A stretch of DNA of 64,000 nt from Anthoceros angustus (taxonomy: Eukaryota; Plantae; Anthocerotophyta). The notes below the pieces were generated by a model that was not told where the DNA came from, searched no databases, and was given only the letters and a program-made list of their open reading frames with translations. Positions 26,198 through 36,765 of the stretch are shown one piece after another; positions within the stretch are counted from its first letter, which is position 1; each line of letters starts with the position of its first letter. Location of the stretch: the NCBI GenBank assembly GCA_010909165.1, contig VJWM01000203.1, positions 1-64,000 of the forward strand, read 5' to 3'. The position numbers and the translations under genes were made by a program.

Positions 26198-27310
26198 TTG
26201 GTACTAATCATTATTTTTATGTATTTTGATCTCAATGATGATAGTGATGACAGTGAAGCATTCAATACATTTTTTGGCAATTTATTTGAAACTTTAGAGA
26301 TAGAAACTAATGATGACAGTGAAGCATTCAATACATTTTTTGGCAATTTATTTGAAACTTTAGAGATAGAAACTCCTGTAGAGTATTCTATATGGGATTT
26401 TTCTCCACAAGCTGTACAATATAGATTAAACATGTCGGGATCTTCTTCTTTGCCTCCCGCTTTTCTCACTCCTCTTAGGATAGAATTCAAGGATAGAGAT
26501 AGATTTAATGGGACAGATTACACTATATGGGCAATGCGGGTGTCACAAATTTTAGAAGAAAATTAATTGATGGGGGTTGTAGACGGGTCTGAACCTGCTC
26601 CTGCTTCAGGAGCCGCCCCTGATCTCATTTTGGAATGGCAACGGAAGGATCGGCGTGCAAGAACTATTATTATTTCTGCTCTAGATCGGAATATGATGAC
26701 ACATACGTTGGGTGCTGCCACTTCAAGTGATGTGTGGAATAACTTTAAGATGATTTATAAGGATAGGAGCTCAGCCTCCCTAGTACAAGCCTTCAGGGAA
26801 TTTTTTAGTCTTCGTATGAAAGACAATGAGACTGTGGAGTCTTATATCAATAGGTTTCGCACTTGTCGTGCTAACCTTGCATATTGTGGAACAGATTTAA
26901 GTGAAGTTCAGGCTGCTGTCAGCCGCATACTTGCAACCTTACCTGAAGCATATCAATCTTTTGTAAGCGCACAGAGTGCCATGATAAGAACAGTAGGTCA
27001 ATCAACAGTTGCAGGTGCAACTCCTGCTATTACACTCCAGGAGGTGTTTGGAGCTCTTCTAGTAGAGGAGAGGACTCGTGGACTTAATAAAATGAAGGCC
27101 AGCTCAAGTGGTCAATCAAACTCAAGAATTTTGTTCACTTCTCGAGGCAGAGGGGGCTTTCGAGGACGTGGCAGGGGACGTGGCTTCCCCAACCAAAATT
27201 TTCAGCGTTCCACATATAATCCACAGCAGCACCAAAGCAGAAATATGACCTGCTATTGGTGCAAAATATCCGGCCATATTGAGAAGGATTGCCGGAAGAA
27301 AGGCCGGTGA
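26198..27310 (+). CDS. Copia gag (one in-frame TAA at 26564-26566)
   Basis: KDRDRFNGTDYTIWAMRV, EWQRKDRRARTII, LRMKDNETVESYI, LPEAYQSFV, CYWCKISGHIEKDC knuckle. Confidence 0.85.
26245..26374 (+). repeat. 66-bp tandem repeat, 2 copies (DDSEAFNTFFGNLFETLEIET)
   Basis: TGATGACAGTGAAGCATTC... at 26245 and 26311. Confidence 0.9.
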
Positions 27311-27488
27311 GCCTCGACGAGATACAAGTCTCCCTGAATCTAATGTCACAACAACAAAAGCTAAGTCACCCACAATCTTAGTTGTTTGTCTTTCTTCTGT
27401 CCATTCTCAAGTAGAAACTTGGTTTTTAGATTCTGGAGCCACTAGTCATATTTGTTTTGACAGACACTCATTTAAAACTTTCTCACCC

Positions 27489-30400
27489 AACAGTGTTTCT
27501 CAGCATAGGGGTTTGTCTCAAAACCCCATTTTGGCCCCAACCATCCAGAATGCACATGTCTCATTCCACTGTTTTCAGTGATTTGCGAACCCACAGCCCA
27601 TGCATCCGAGCCCAAGGAAGACCTAATGTGCCCACCGTCCGCACAAATGATGGACACACCTTTGTACCAAGTGGCGGATGATCGACTTATGCTCCAAAGA
27701 GGGAGTGCACCGAACGTCCGCGACTTATACTCCAAAGAGGTGCAATACACCGGGTTTGGAGAGGGTTGCGTCAATACTTGTGTAGGCAAGCACTTTCGCC
27801 TGCTTGTTGTGCACACTTGCCACCGCACCAACACTCACATCAATTCTCTTTTCAAACCCCGTGATTCGAGCAATCCTGCACGGCATACCTCCCGACCGCC
27901 CCTCCGCCGGAGATAAGCCGCACTTAGATCTCGCAGATTCCTCAGCAGAATTGGACAAGGTAAAGGATGGTGAGGCCTCCTCAACCGCTCTTGATCAAAC
28001 TCTTCATAGCTTACATTTCTTCTTGTCAAGTCCGCATCGCTTTCAACCTTAATCTATCCATGGGTGGCACATGGAGCAAGTCGATCTTAAATTCAAAATC
28101 TCCGGCGAAGCTTGGCCATAGTTCGTCTCGAACACCCGCACACCGGTGGGGGCCTGGTATAGACAGTCCTCCTTCGAGCCTCACCGAAATACTCACCATT
28201 TGGTCAAAACCCCACGGCGACTAGCCCTCTTTCTTCAGATACTGGCTCTCACTAGGGCTCGCAGGGCTGCAATGCTTATGCTTGTGTTCGATCGCATCCG
28301 ATGTGCTTTCATTACTCAAGGAAAAATCATCTATTCTATTTATTTTCTTGCTTCTCGCAAAACATTGTGAAACATTGTCGTCTTCAAAAGGTTGGCCATT
28401 AGAAACCACCATCATACATGTCGAATTTTGGAAAATGTAGCTCATCTAGAAACCAAGGCCTATGCATCTATACGCATCAAACTCGAATGAGCGGACATTT
28501 GGCGCACCAATCAAAGAGATCCATGCAAGTCATGGGGCACATAGAGTAAGGCCAAAAGGTTTTACATGTTGTATACAAAGCGAATGTGGGAATATAACAT
28601 CAACCAACAAATGATTTTCAAAAATAATATTCATGACTTTACGCCTAGATACCGGATGATTTACAAATTTTTCAAACCACTAAAATCAACACTCCATCCT
28701 AGTATTGATACGCCTCTAGGTTGCTTAAGAGTGGAGTTGTTACAAAGTTTTCAAAGCGCCAAAACAAGCAAGCCATCCTAGCACTAATCGACCCAAGAGT
28801 GCATAACCGGAAGTTCTAAAAGCACCAAAGTCAAGCACCCCATCCTAATCGATCCGACCCAGTGCTTAACCTTGGAGTTCTTACACCATTGAGTCTATGC
28901 ACCTATCCCGAGCGATGTTTTAAGAAGACAAACAATAAATATAGATGTCGGACGTCGTCCACTCCACCATTTCCATCTCGCCGACGCCCACAAGATTGGG
29001 GTCTCAAAACCCCATTTTGGCCTAACCATCCGAATGCACATGTCTCATTCCCTTGTTTTGGTGATTTGCGAACCCACCCATGCATCCGAGCCCAAGGAAG
29101 ACCTAATGTGCCGTCACAAATGATGGACACACCTTTGTACCAAGTGGCGGATGATCGGCGACTTATGCTCAAAATGGATTGCCGACGTTGGCCTTATACT
29201 CCAAAGAGGTGCAATACACGGGTTTGGAGAGGGTTGCGTCAATACTTGTGTAGGCAAGCACTTTCGTTCAAGTTGCTTGTGCACACTTGCCAACACTCAC
29301 ATCAATTCTCTTTTCAAACCCCGTGATTGAGCAATCCCAGACGGCATACCTCGACTGGCCCCTCCGTGTCGATAAGCCGCACTTAGATCTGCGGCATTGG
29401 GCAGGAATTGGACAAGGTAAAGGATGGTGAGGCCTCCTCAACCGTTCTTGATCAAACTCTTCATAGCTTACATTTCTTCTTGTCAAGTCCGCTTTCAACC
29501 TTAATCTATCCATGGGTGGCACATGGAGCAAGTCGGATCTTAAATTCAAAATCTCTGGCGAAGCTTGGCTATAGTCTCTCGAACACCTAGTGCGCCCACA
29601 TGTAGTGGGCGTCACGGTGGGTATAGACAGGTCCTCCTTGAGCCTCACGAAATACTCAGCCATTTGGTCAAAACCCCACGGCGACTAGCCCTCTTTCTTG
29701 AGATACTCTGGCTCTCACTAGGGCTCGCGGTGGCGAGATGCTCTCTTATGCTTGTGTTCGATCGCATCCGGCTTTCATTACTCAAGGAAAAATCATCTAT
29801 TCTATTTATTTTCTTGCTTCTCTCGCAAAACATTGTGAAACATTGTCGTCTTCAAAAGGTTGGCCATTAGAAACCACCATCATACATGTCGAATTTTGGA
29901 AAATGTAGCTCATCTAGAAACCAAGGCCTATGCATCTATCGTGCATCAAACTCGAATGAGCGGACATTTGGCGCACCAATCAAAGAGATCCATGCAAGTC
30001 ATCGGAAGGGCACATAGAGTAAGGCCAAAAGGTTTTACATGTTGTATACAAAGCGAATGTGGGAATATAACATCAACCAACAAATGATTTTCAAAAATAA
30101 TATTCATGACTTTACGCCTAGATACCGGGATGATTTACAAATTTTTCAAACCACTAAAAATCAACACTCCATCCTAGTATTGATACGCCTCTAGGTTGCT
30201 TAAGAGTGGAGTTGTTACAAAGTTTTCAAAGCGCCAAAACAAGCAAGCCATCCTAGCACTAATCGACCCAAGAGTGCATAACCGGAAGTTCTAAAAGCAC
30301 CAAAGTCAAGCACCCCATCCTAATCGATCCGACCCAGTGCTTAACCTTGGAGTTCTTACACCATTGAGTCTATGCACCTATCCCGAGCGATGTTTTAAGA

Positions 30401-31111
30401 AGACAAACAATAAATATAGATGTCGGACGTCGTCCACTCCACCATTTCCATCTCGCCGACGCCCACAAGATTGGGGTCTCAAAATGCGCCGGACGTCCGC
30501 GCAGCGCAGGCAGGCGCTACGCGCCAATGTGCCGAACGTCCGCATTGTTCCAATTCCTTCTATGTTTTTCACTCTAACAATGGAGATCCTGTGGTTGTGT
30601 ACTCACGGTGCAGACGTCCGGCTACTTTTAGAGTCGTAGTTTGGTCCTCTCGAGATGGCCATGATCAGGCTATCGGTTAATGTTCTCTCACAATTGCGCC
30701 GGACGTCCGGCGCAGTTGCTTCTTTTCGGCTTGCGAATTGCTACTTTTGCGTGTTGGTTGCGCCGGACGTCCGGCGCAGTTTGGCTTGCTGGACTAGTTT
30801 TGTTTGGTTTGCCTACTGTTCACCCTGCTAGGAAGTACTATCGCCTGCGAAAGAGGTGTTTAGGATTCCTAGCACCTGTTAAAAATCCTTGAAATCCCTT
30901 CCTTGTGAAGGTGAAATCCGCGAACCTTCTTCGGCTTAAACCCTGTTAGCGTAAGTATTCACGAGAAAATAACATGGTCAATGTCTTTCAGTACATGTCT
31001 AAAGAGTGGTTTTGCTAAAGATGATGCATTTTGGCCTGCTGGGGTCATTTTTGGTCTTTAGGGACCCAAACCCTTTAATGGAGAATAACCCCTATGCTGA
31101 GAGACGCTGTT
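27489..31111. mobile_element. Non-autonomous TIR DNA element, 3623 bp, 25-bp TIRs, 4-bp TSD ACCC
   Basis: Left AACAGTGTTTCTCAGCATAGGGGTT (27489-27513); right is the reverse complement of AACAGCGTCTCTCAGCATAGGGGTT (31087-31111). ACCC at 27485-27488 and 31112-31115. Removing the insert restores copia frame FSPTYDANRFVLLGDDS. Confidence 0.9.
27515..30483 (+). repeat. Head-to-tail ~1.48-kb duplication inside the TIR element
   Basis: TCTCAAAACCCCATTTTGGCC at ~27516 and ~29003; GTGCTTAACCTTGGAG at 28862 and 30337. Confidence 0.9.
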
Positions 31112-34100
31112 ACCCACATATGATGCCAATCGGTTTGTGCTTTTGGGTGATGATAGTGGCTTTCCATCAAAGGCTTGGGCTCGGTGGTCATCTGACTCCC
31201 AGAGTCTTCACTTATACTTTTGCGTTTATTTGTCCTTCTATGACCAAAATTTGATGTTAGTGATTAAGTTGTCACAACAACACTCTTGCCGAGTCTGGTT
31301 TGATCAACTGTTGCATCAACGCATGTTTCATCAAGTCAGGACCTTTTCATAGGCACCCCTTTTCATGATTTGTATTTATTAGATGTCAAATCGATAGTGC
31401 AACCTCAACCCACTCAGTTTGTTAATGCCATTCAAAGACAAGCTTCAATGCAACTTTGGCATTGTCGCCTTGCCCACGCCAATTTTCAACGCCTAGCATC
31501 TCTAACAAAGGGTGATAGTTTTGAGATCCACTTACCTATCTCCCTTCGTCACCCTTTGTGACGCCGCCTTAGTAAAGCCTTTTCTAAGCCATATACGGAT
31601 CTCCACTCAACAAGGGCCCTTGCCCTTTTGGATACTATTCATAGTGACATTTGTGGCCCTATGTCCACCAGCTCATTTGGAGGAGCTGTTATTTATTACA
31701 TTCATAGATGAATGGAGCCGCTATTGTATTGTTTATGTGTTAAGACATAAAAGCGAGGCTCTTATGTGTTTTCAAACCTATGTGCTTTGCAACCCAGCAG
31801 TCACAAGGTTAAAATTTTACGGAGTGACAATGGTGGCGAGTACATCAGCCATGCTTTTCAGAACTTTTGCTCTTCGGAAGGGATCCATCACCACTCACCG
31901 TGCCGTATACTCCCGCCGTAACTCTTGCCGAGAGGAAAACCGGACACTCAAGAGGCTACTTTGGCATCTCTCACTTTTGCTAGTCTCTCGTGGATATTAA
32001 GCGTTGATGGCGCTAACTATGTTCTCAACCGACTACCTTCTAAGGAGCTTGGTTTGACTACTCCTTATGAGAGATGGAGGACACAAGCCCGCATTGGGCA
32101 CTACGATATTGGATCACCGCTTATGCTTATGTATGCTGTAGCTACTCGTCATAAGATGGACTTGAAGGCTATTCGCAGGATTTTTGTGGGCTACTCCGAC
32201 GATGTGAAGGGTTACAAGTTATTTGATCCCTCTACACGCCAGGTGACCATCTCACGCAGTGTGGTTTTTAACGAAGATATTTTGCTTCGTCAACATGCTG
32301 CTCAGCTCACTCCTGGAGCAACTATGCCTCTTGCATCTATATCTGGTGTTCCAGACCCACCTCTCGAATTTGCATTTGATGATTCTTCTGTTGCTGATTT
32401 TGAGGATGACTCCTCTTTGGCTTAGAGGGGCTATAACCCTCTCCAATCACCCTGTAGCTCCAACTCCCATTGTTGCGATGATGATCACCCGCTCTTCCAG
32501 GTGGATGACACTATTGTACTTGAACCGCAAGAAGAAGTTAATGAAGCCAATGAAGAGCCTCCTCAAGTCCTACGCTCTACCAGACCGCCCTCCAAGGTCG
32601 AGTGGAAAGAGCCTCCATATGTTGCAGTATTGTCAGAGGAACCATTTTTCCACCTCCACGTTTTAGTGTTGTAGACTCATTAGGTGAACCGCCACCTATA
32701 GAGAAGCTATTGAAGGGCCTGAAGCTTCCTTTTGGCAAAAGGCTATTGAGTCGAATATCAATCTCTCATTTCTAATAAAACTTGGGTTCTTGTAGATCTC
32801 CTCCGGTCGAAACCGCTTGCTTGTAAGTGGGTCTTCAAAAAAACTCAATGATGGTAGTGTTGGTAGGTATAAGGCTCGCCTCGTGGCAAAGGGATATAGT
32901 CAAGTAGCGGGTTAGACTACAATGAAACATTTGCCCCAGTTGTTAAGTCTACTTCCATAAGAATACTCCTTGCCCTTGCCGCTCACTACAATCTCCTCGT
33001 ACATCGCTTAGACGTAAAACCGCTTTTCTTAATGGCACCTTAGATGAGGTCATCTACATGGCTCAACCGGAAGGTTTTATTATAGACCCTAATAAAGTAT
33101 GTCAACTTTTAAAACACTTTATGGTCTTAAATCCTCCTGCATGGAATGAAGTGTTTCATGCATTGCTCATAGAATTGGGTTTCACATGTTTGACGCAGTA
33201 GATATATTTTATGGGATGACAATGATTTTATCATTTTAACTGTTTATGTGGATGATAATATTTTATTTAGCACTTCACCAACTCTTATGGCAAGAATGAA
33301 AGCAATACTTTTGGCGAGGTTTGATATGGTGATTTGGGGCTTATCTTTTCTCTTGGCATTCAATTCCATTTTAACACTCGCGATAACACTATTGATATTC
33401 ATCAAGAGCATTTTGTACATCAACTACTTAAGAGGTTCAAGATGGAGGATGCACGACCAGTAAGCACACCTATGTCTGGTGAAAAGCTATCTAAGGAACA
33501 ATGCCCGACAACAGTAGAAGAAAAGGCCGAGATGGCACTCAAGCCTTACCGATGTTGTTGGTTGTTTAATCTATCTATCAGGTTGGACTAGATTAGACAT
33601 CACACGTGCAGTTAGTAATGTAAGTCAGTTTCTAGAGAACCCTGGCTTGCCACATTGGGCTGCAGTGAAGAGAATTTTTAGGTACCTCAAAGGAACAACA
33701 CGCAAAGGTTTACGTTTTTCTAAGCAACCAGATGGTTTGCAGCTAATGTCCTTTTGTGATGCCGACTGGGCTGGTGACCCAGACACTAGACGTAGTATTG
33801 CAGCCTACTGTACATTTTAGGTGGATCAGTTATCTCTTGGTCAAGTAAAAAGCTCACTACTATTTGTCTTTCCTCTACGGAAGCAGAATATGGTGCCATG
33901 ACACAAGCTGCTAGAGAGGTTATTTGGATTAGATCTTTCTTAAGTGGACTTAAGCAGCTTCATGAAGGACCAACTCAGCTTTGGTGCGACAACCAGTCGA
34001 CCATTGCTTTATCGAAGAATCCAGTTTTTCATGCTAGAAGTAAGCATATCGAGATTGCTCATCATTTTATAAGACAAGCAGCAGAGCGTAAAGAGGTAAT

Positions 34101-34413
34101 AGTGGACTATGTTGCCACTTCAGAAAATGTGGCTGACCTTTTGACAAAGTCTTTGCCAAAGTTGGTACATGAGAAACATACTTTGGCAGCTGGGCTACAA
34201 TTTATACCTGCTGTGAGCAAAGCAGGAACAGCTCATTAGTTGATTTCCTCTTTCATCTGGCTTGGTGATTGGATGAAGCCTTATTGTGTTATGTGATCAC
34301 ACTTGGAACTCTTTTCCGCTTATATCGAGTGGGAGTACACTTTCTATTATGAAGTCAATTTTCAAGATATTTTCAAGCTTATCAATTAACTCCTAATTGC
34401 AACTAAGTGGGAG

Positions 34414-34654
34414 TAATGGAATATAGCTTATTTTGGAATAGATATGTGTTAAAACATAATGGTGATTTCAGTTACAATTAAATTAGGTTTAGTTTTATTA
34501 TTCGTTAATTAATAACCGTCAATAACCGTTTTTGTATAAGACCCTTTCTTTGTGTGTAATTTGTATCATCTTTCGATTCCAACTTGCTCTTGTCCCTCTT
34601 GCTTACCTCTTGCACGATCTTCATACATGCGATCCTAGGCTACCAACTTCTTTA
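34414..34654 (+). repeat. 3' LTR, 241 bp
   Basis: Follows the PPT; followed by TSD ACCTG. Confidence 0.95.
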
Positions 34655-35199
34655 ACCTGGAGGATGAACTACCAGGGACTCTCGTGGAGACAACAGATCC
34701 CTATGACCAAGCGCATCCAATATATCATATCGAGCCACTTGATTTGTCAAATCATTTGAGTAATCCACATGATCTATTACAACATCCAGAAGATCAAGCA
34801 CTTTCAAAATCTCAAATCGAATCACTTGAGTTGCCAAAGTATTTGAGTACTCCATTTGATCCATCACAAAATCTGAATGAGCTATGCATTTCTAGTTGAA
34901 ACTTGGGTAAATATAGACTTGAAGATGGTTTTATTCTCGATGATGTATTATGAATTATCAATAAGTTTTTTATTTTGTTAGTAAATTATACTATATTTAA
35001 TATTGATATTATAACAAAAACATCATCATAAACATCACAAAAATATTTCCAAGAGATATTGCGTATAGTCGGCATAACGTTGTTTCACCATTAGCTTATA
35101 GAATTATCAAAAAACTATACCAAAGATAGATGTGGAAGAAAGGGAGCTTAGCGACCGCTCCCGTTGTGCCATCGTTCTGCCCGATGGTGAGATAATAAC

Positions 35200-35760
35200 T
35201 TTGCCTAACATGCTCCTCACTTGAGCAGGAATGTTCTCTCAATCGGTCAAGCTCTGGAGTCCGGCTACACTTTTTCATTTGCTCCGAACCAGTATAGCAT
35301 CTTCGATTCCTCTCACCACCTTCTTGCCACCCGTCCTCAATCCGATAGGCTCTTGGTCCTAGGTTTTGCTCTTATTTTCCATGCAATTACTAACTCCTCC
35401 ACTTTTCCGCCGGCCCCGCCTCGTTTGTTGCAGCCTTCGCTTGGCTTCCCTTCGGAGGAGGCCTCTGCAGTCGGCGCTTGGGGGGAGGTAGAGTGGGAGC
35501 AAGCACCTCTGCAAGTCGAGTGGCCGAAGCTCGCCGTTCATGTAGCCCTCTTCATCCTGGCCATCTACTCGAGGGGGAGCCACCCACTCAAGGAGAATCT
35601 ATGTAATGCTTATGCGAAGATCGAGAGCCTATGGCAAGTTCAAGATTCTAATCAAGACTTTGTTCTGGATTCTGCATCCTCGGCTACGAGGGAGAAGACC
35701 TATGACCACTCTCCTAACACGCTGCGTCTGAGGGGGAGTATTGGAGCTTATAGACTGCCG
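35200..35760 (+). mobile_element. Heavily deleted copia relic with PPT
   Basis: RNVLSIGQALESGYTFSF (post-protease motif); PPT-like GAGGGGGAG at ~35731-35739 followed by TATTGGAG. Confidence 0.45.
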
Positions 35761-36765
35761 CCGTTAGGAGCTATGTTAGCCAATAGGGCCGTTAGGGCCA
35801 CACACCACTTCACTAGGAGTTGCACCTCCTCATCAATAGACATCACCTTATACAAGGCTCATTATGCGCCACTCCTAATTTGATTGTCCTCTCCATCTTC
35901 CTCTTTTCCTACATGCATCCTGGCTTGCCTGATTTCCTATATGGAGGGTGTCCGTACGGTGGGAAAGACCATTGGCTTGTACCTGAGATGCAGGAGTGGG
36001 AGGAGAAGCCTGTCCTCAAAGTCTAGGTTGTGATGTAGATAGAGGGAAGGCAGCACCTCGCGTGAGGTATGACATGAAAAACTCGTTGGAAATGCGGTGC
36101 CCAAGAGAATCCATACCATTCTTAAAAGACTTGGCCTCCCTAAAACAATGAATGGAATCATGTGTGTCCTTGGTGTCCCTTTATACTTCCCTTTGGGCGG
36201 GCAAGATTCAAGCTGGTTGTCGGAGAATGATGGGAGGCGAACAATGGCAGGCAAATGAATGAACGCCATGTTTGAGTTTTATAGACGCTTGGACACACGC
36301 CATGGCGACGGAGGGGCTCGTGGTTTGGGGTTAATTCGAAGCATGTATATTGAGAGAGTAATCATGCCATGTGGCAACATATGATTGAATGTAAAATACC
36401 AACCAGTTTGTATCAGTTTCAGTTTCTCGAGGCAGACGGTGATGAGCCGCAAAGCTTGCTAAAAAGCTCGATGCTGATGAGCCGCAAAGCTTGCTATAAA
36501 GCTTAAGGAAGCCTTGAAACTGACACGGTACTAGACGGTATTATCGGGTGAGACGGTATTTTCGGGTGACGGGGCTCATGCTGTGAATGACATGAAACGA
36601 TGTCGGCCAATTGGAACATCGGGATTTTTCCTCCACCACCCTATGTGAATCCACCGAGTATTTTGTGAACGCAGCATCCACAGACAATGGCCGACCACCT
36701 TGAGGACCCCATGATGGTGTGCGTGCACGGGTCCGCGCGTCTTGCATCCGCGTGTTCTGCGAGCC

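Larger units (their letters stand above)
25165..34654 (+). mobile_element. Full-length young Ty1/copia LTR retrotransposon with a nested TIR element
   Basis: LTRs 25165-25405 and 34414-34654 (2 mismatches in 241 by eye); TSD ACCTG (25160-25164 and 34655-34659); PBS TGGTATCAGAGC 25406-25417; PPT AAGTGGGAG 34405-34413; gag, protease WFLDSGATSH (~27420), integrase, RT, RNase H (CDADWAGD...CDNQSTIALSKNPVFHARSKHIEI). Confidence 0.95.

Noticed and set aside
26564-26566. Programmed readthrough at the gag TAA
   Set aside because: The position early in gag is not a gag-pol boundary; a point mutation or error is simpler.
23243-30483. CRISPR-like arrays
   Set aside because: The repeats are long duplications without unique spacers, in eukaryotic context with no cas genes.
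25129-34899. Short ORF (MEEVDHHMVFDL|EDELPG...) rejoined after removing the copia
   Set aside because: It confirms the TSD, but it is only ~90 aa with no recognisable domain, so it is not called a gene.
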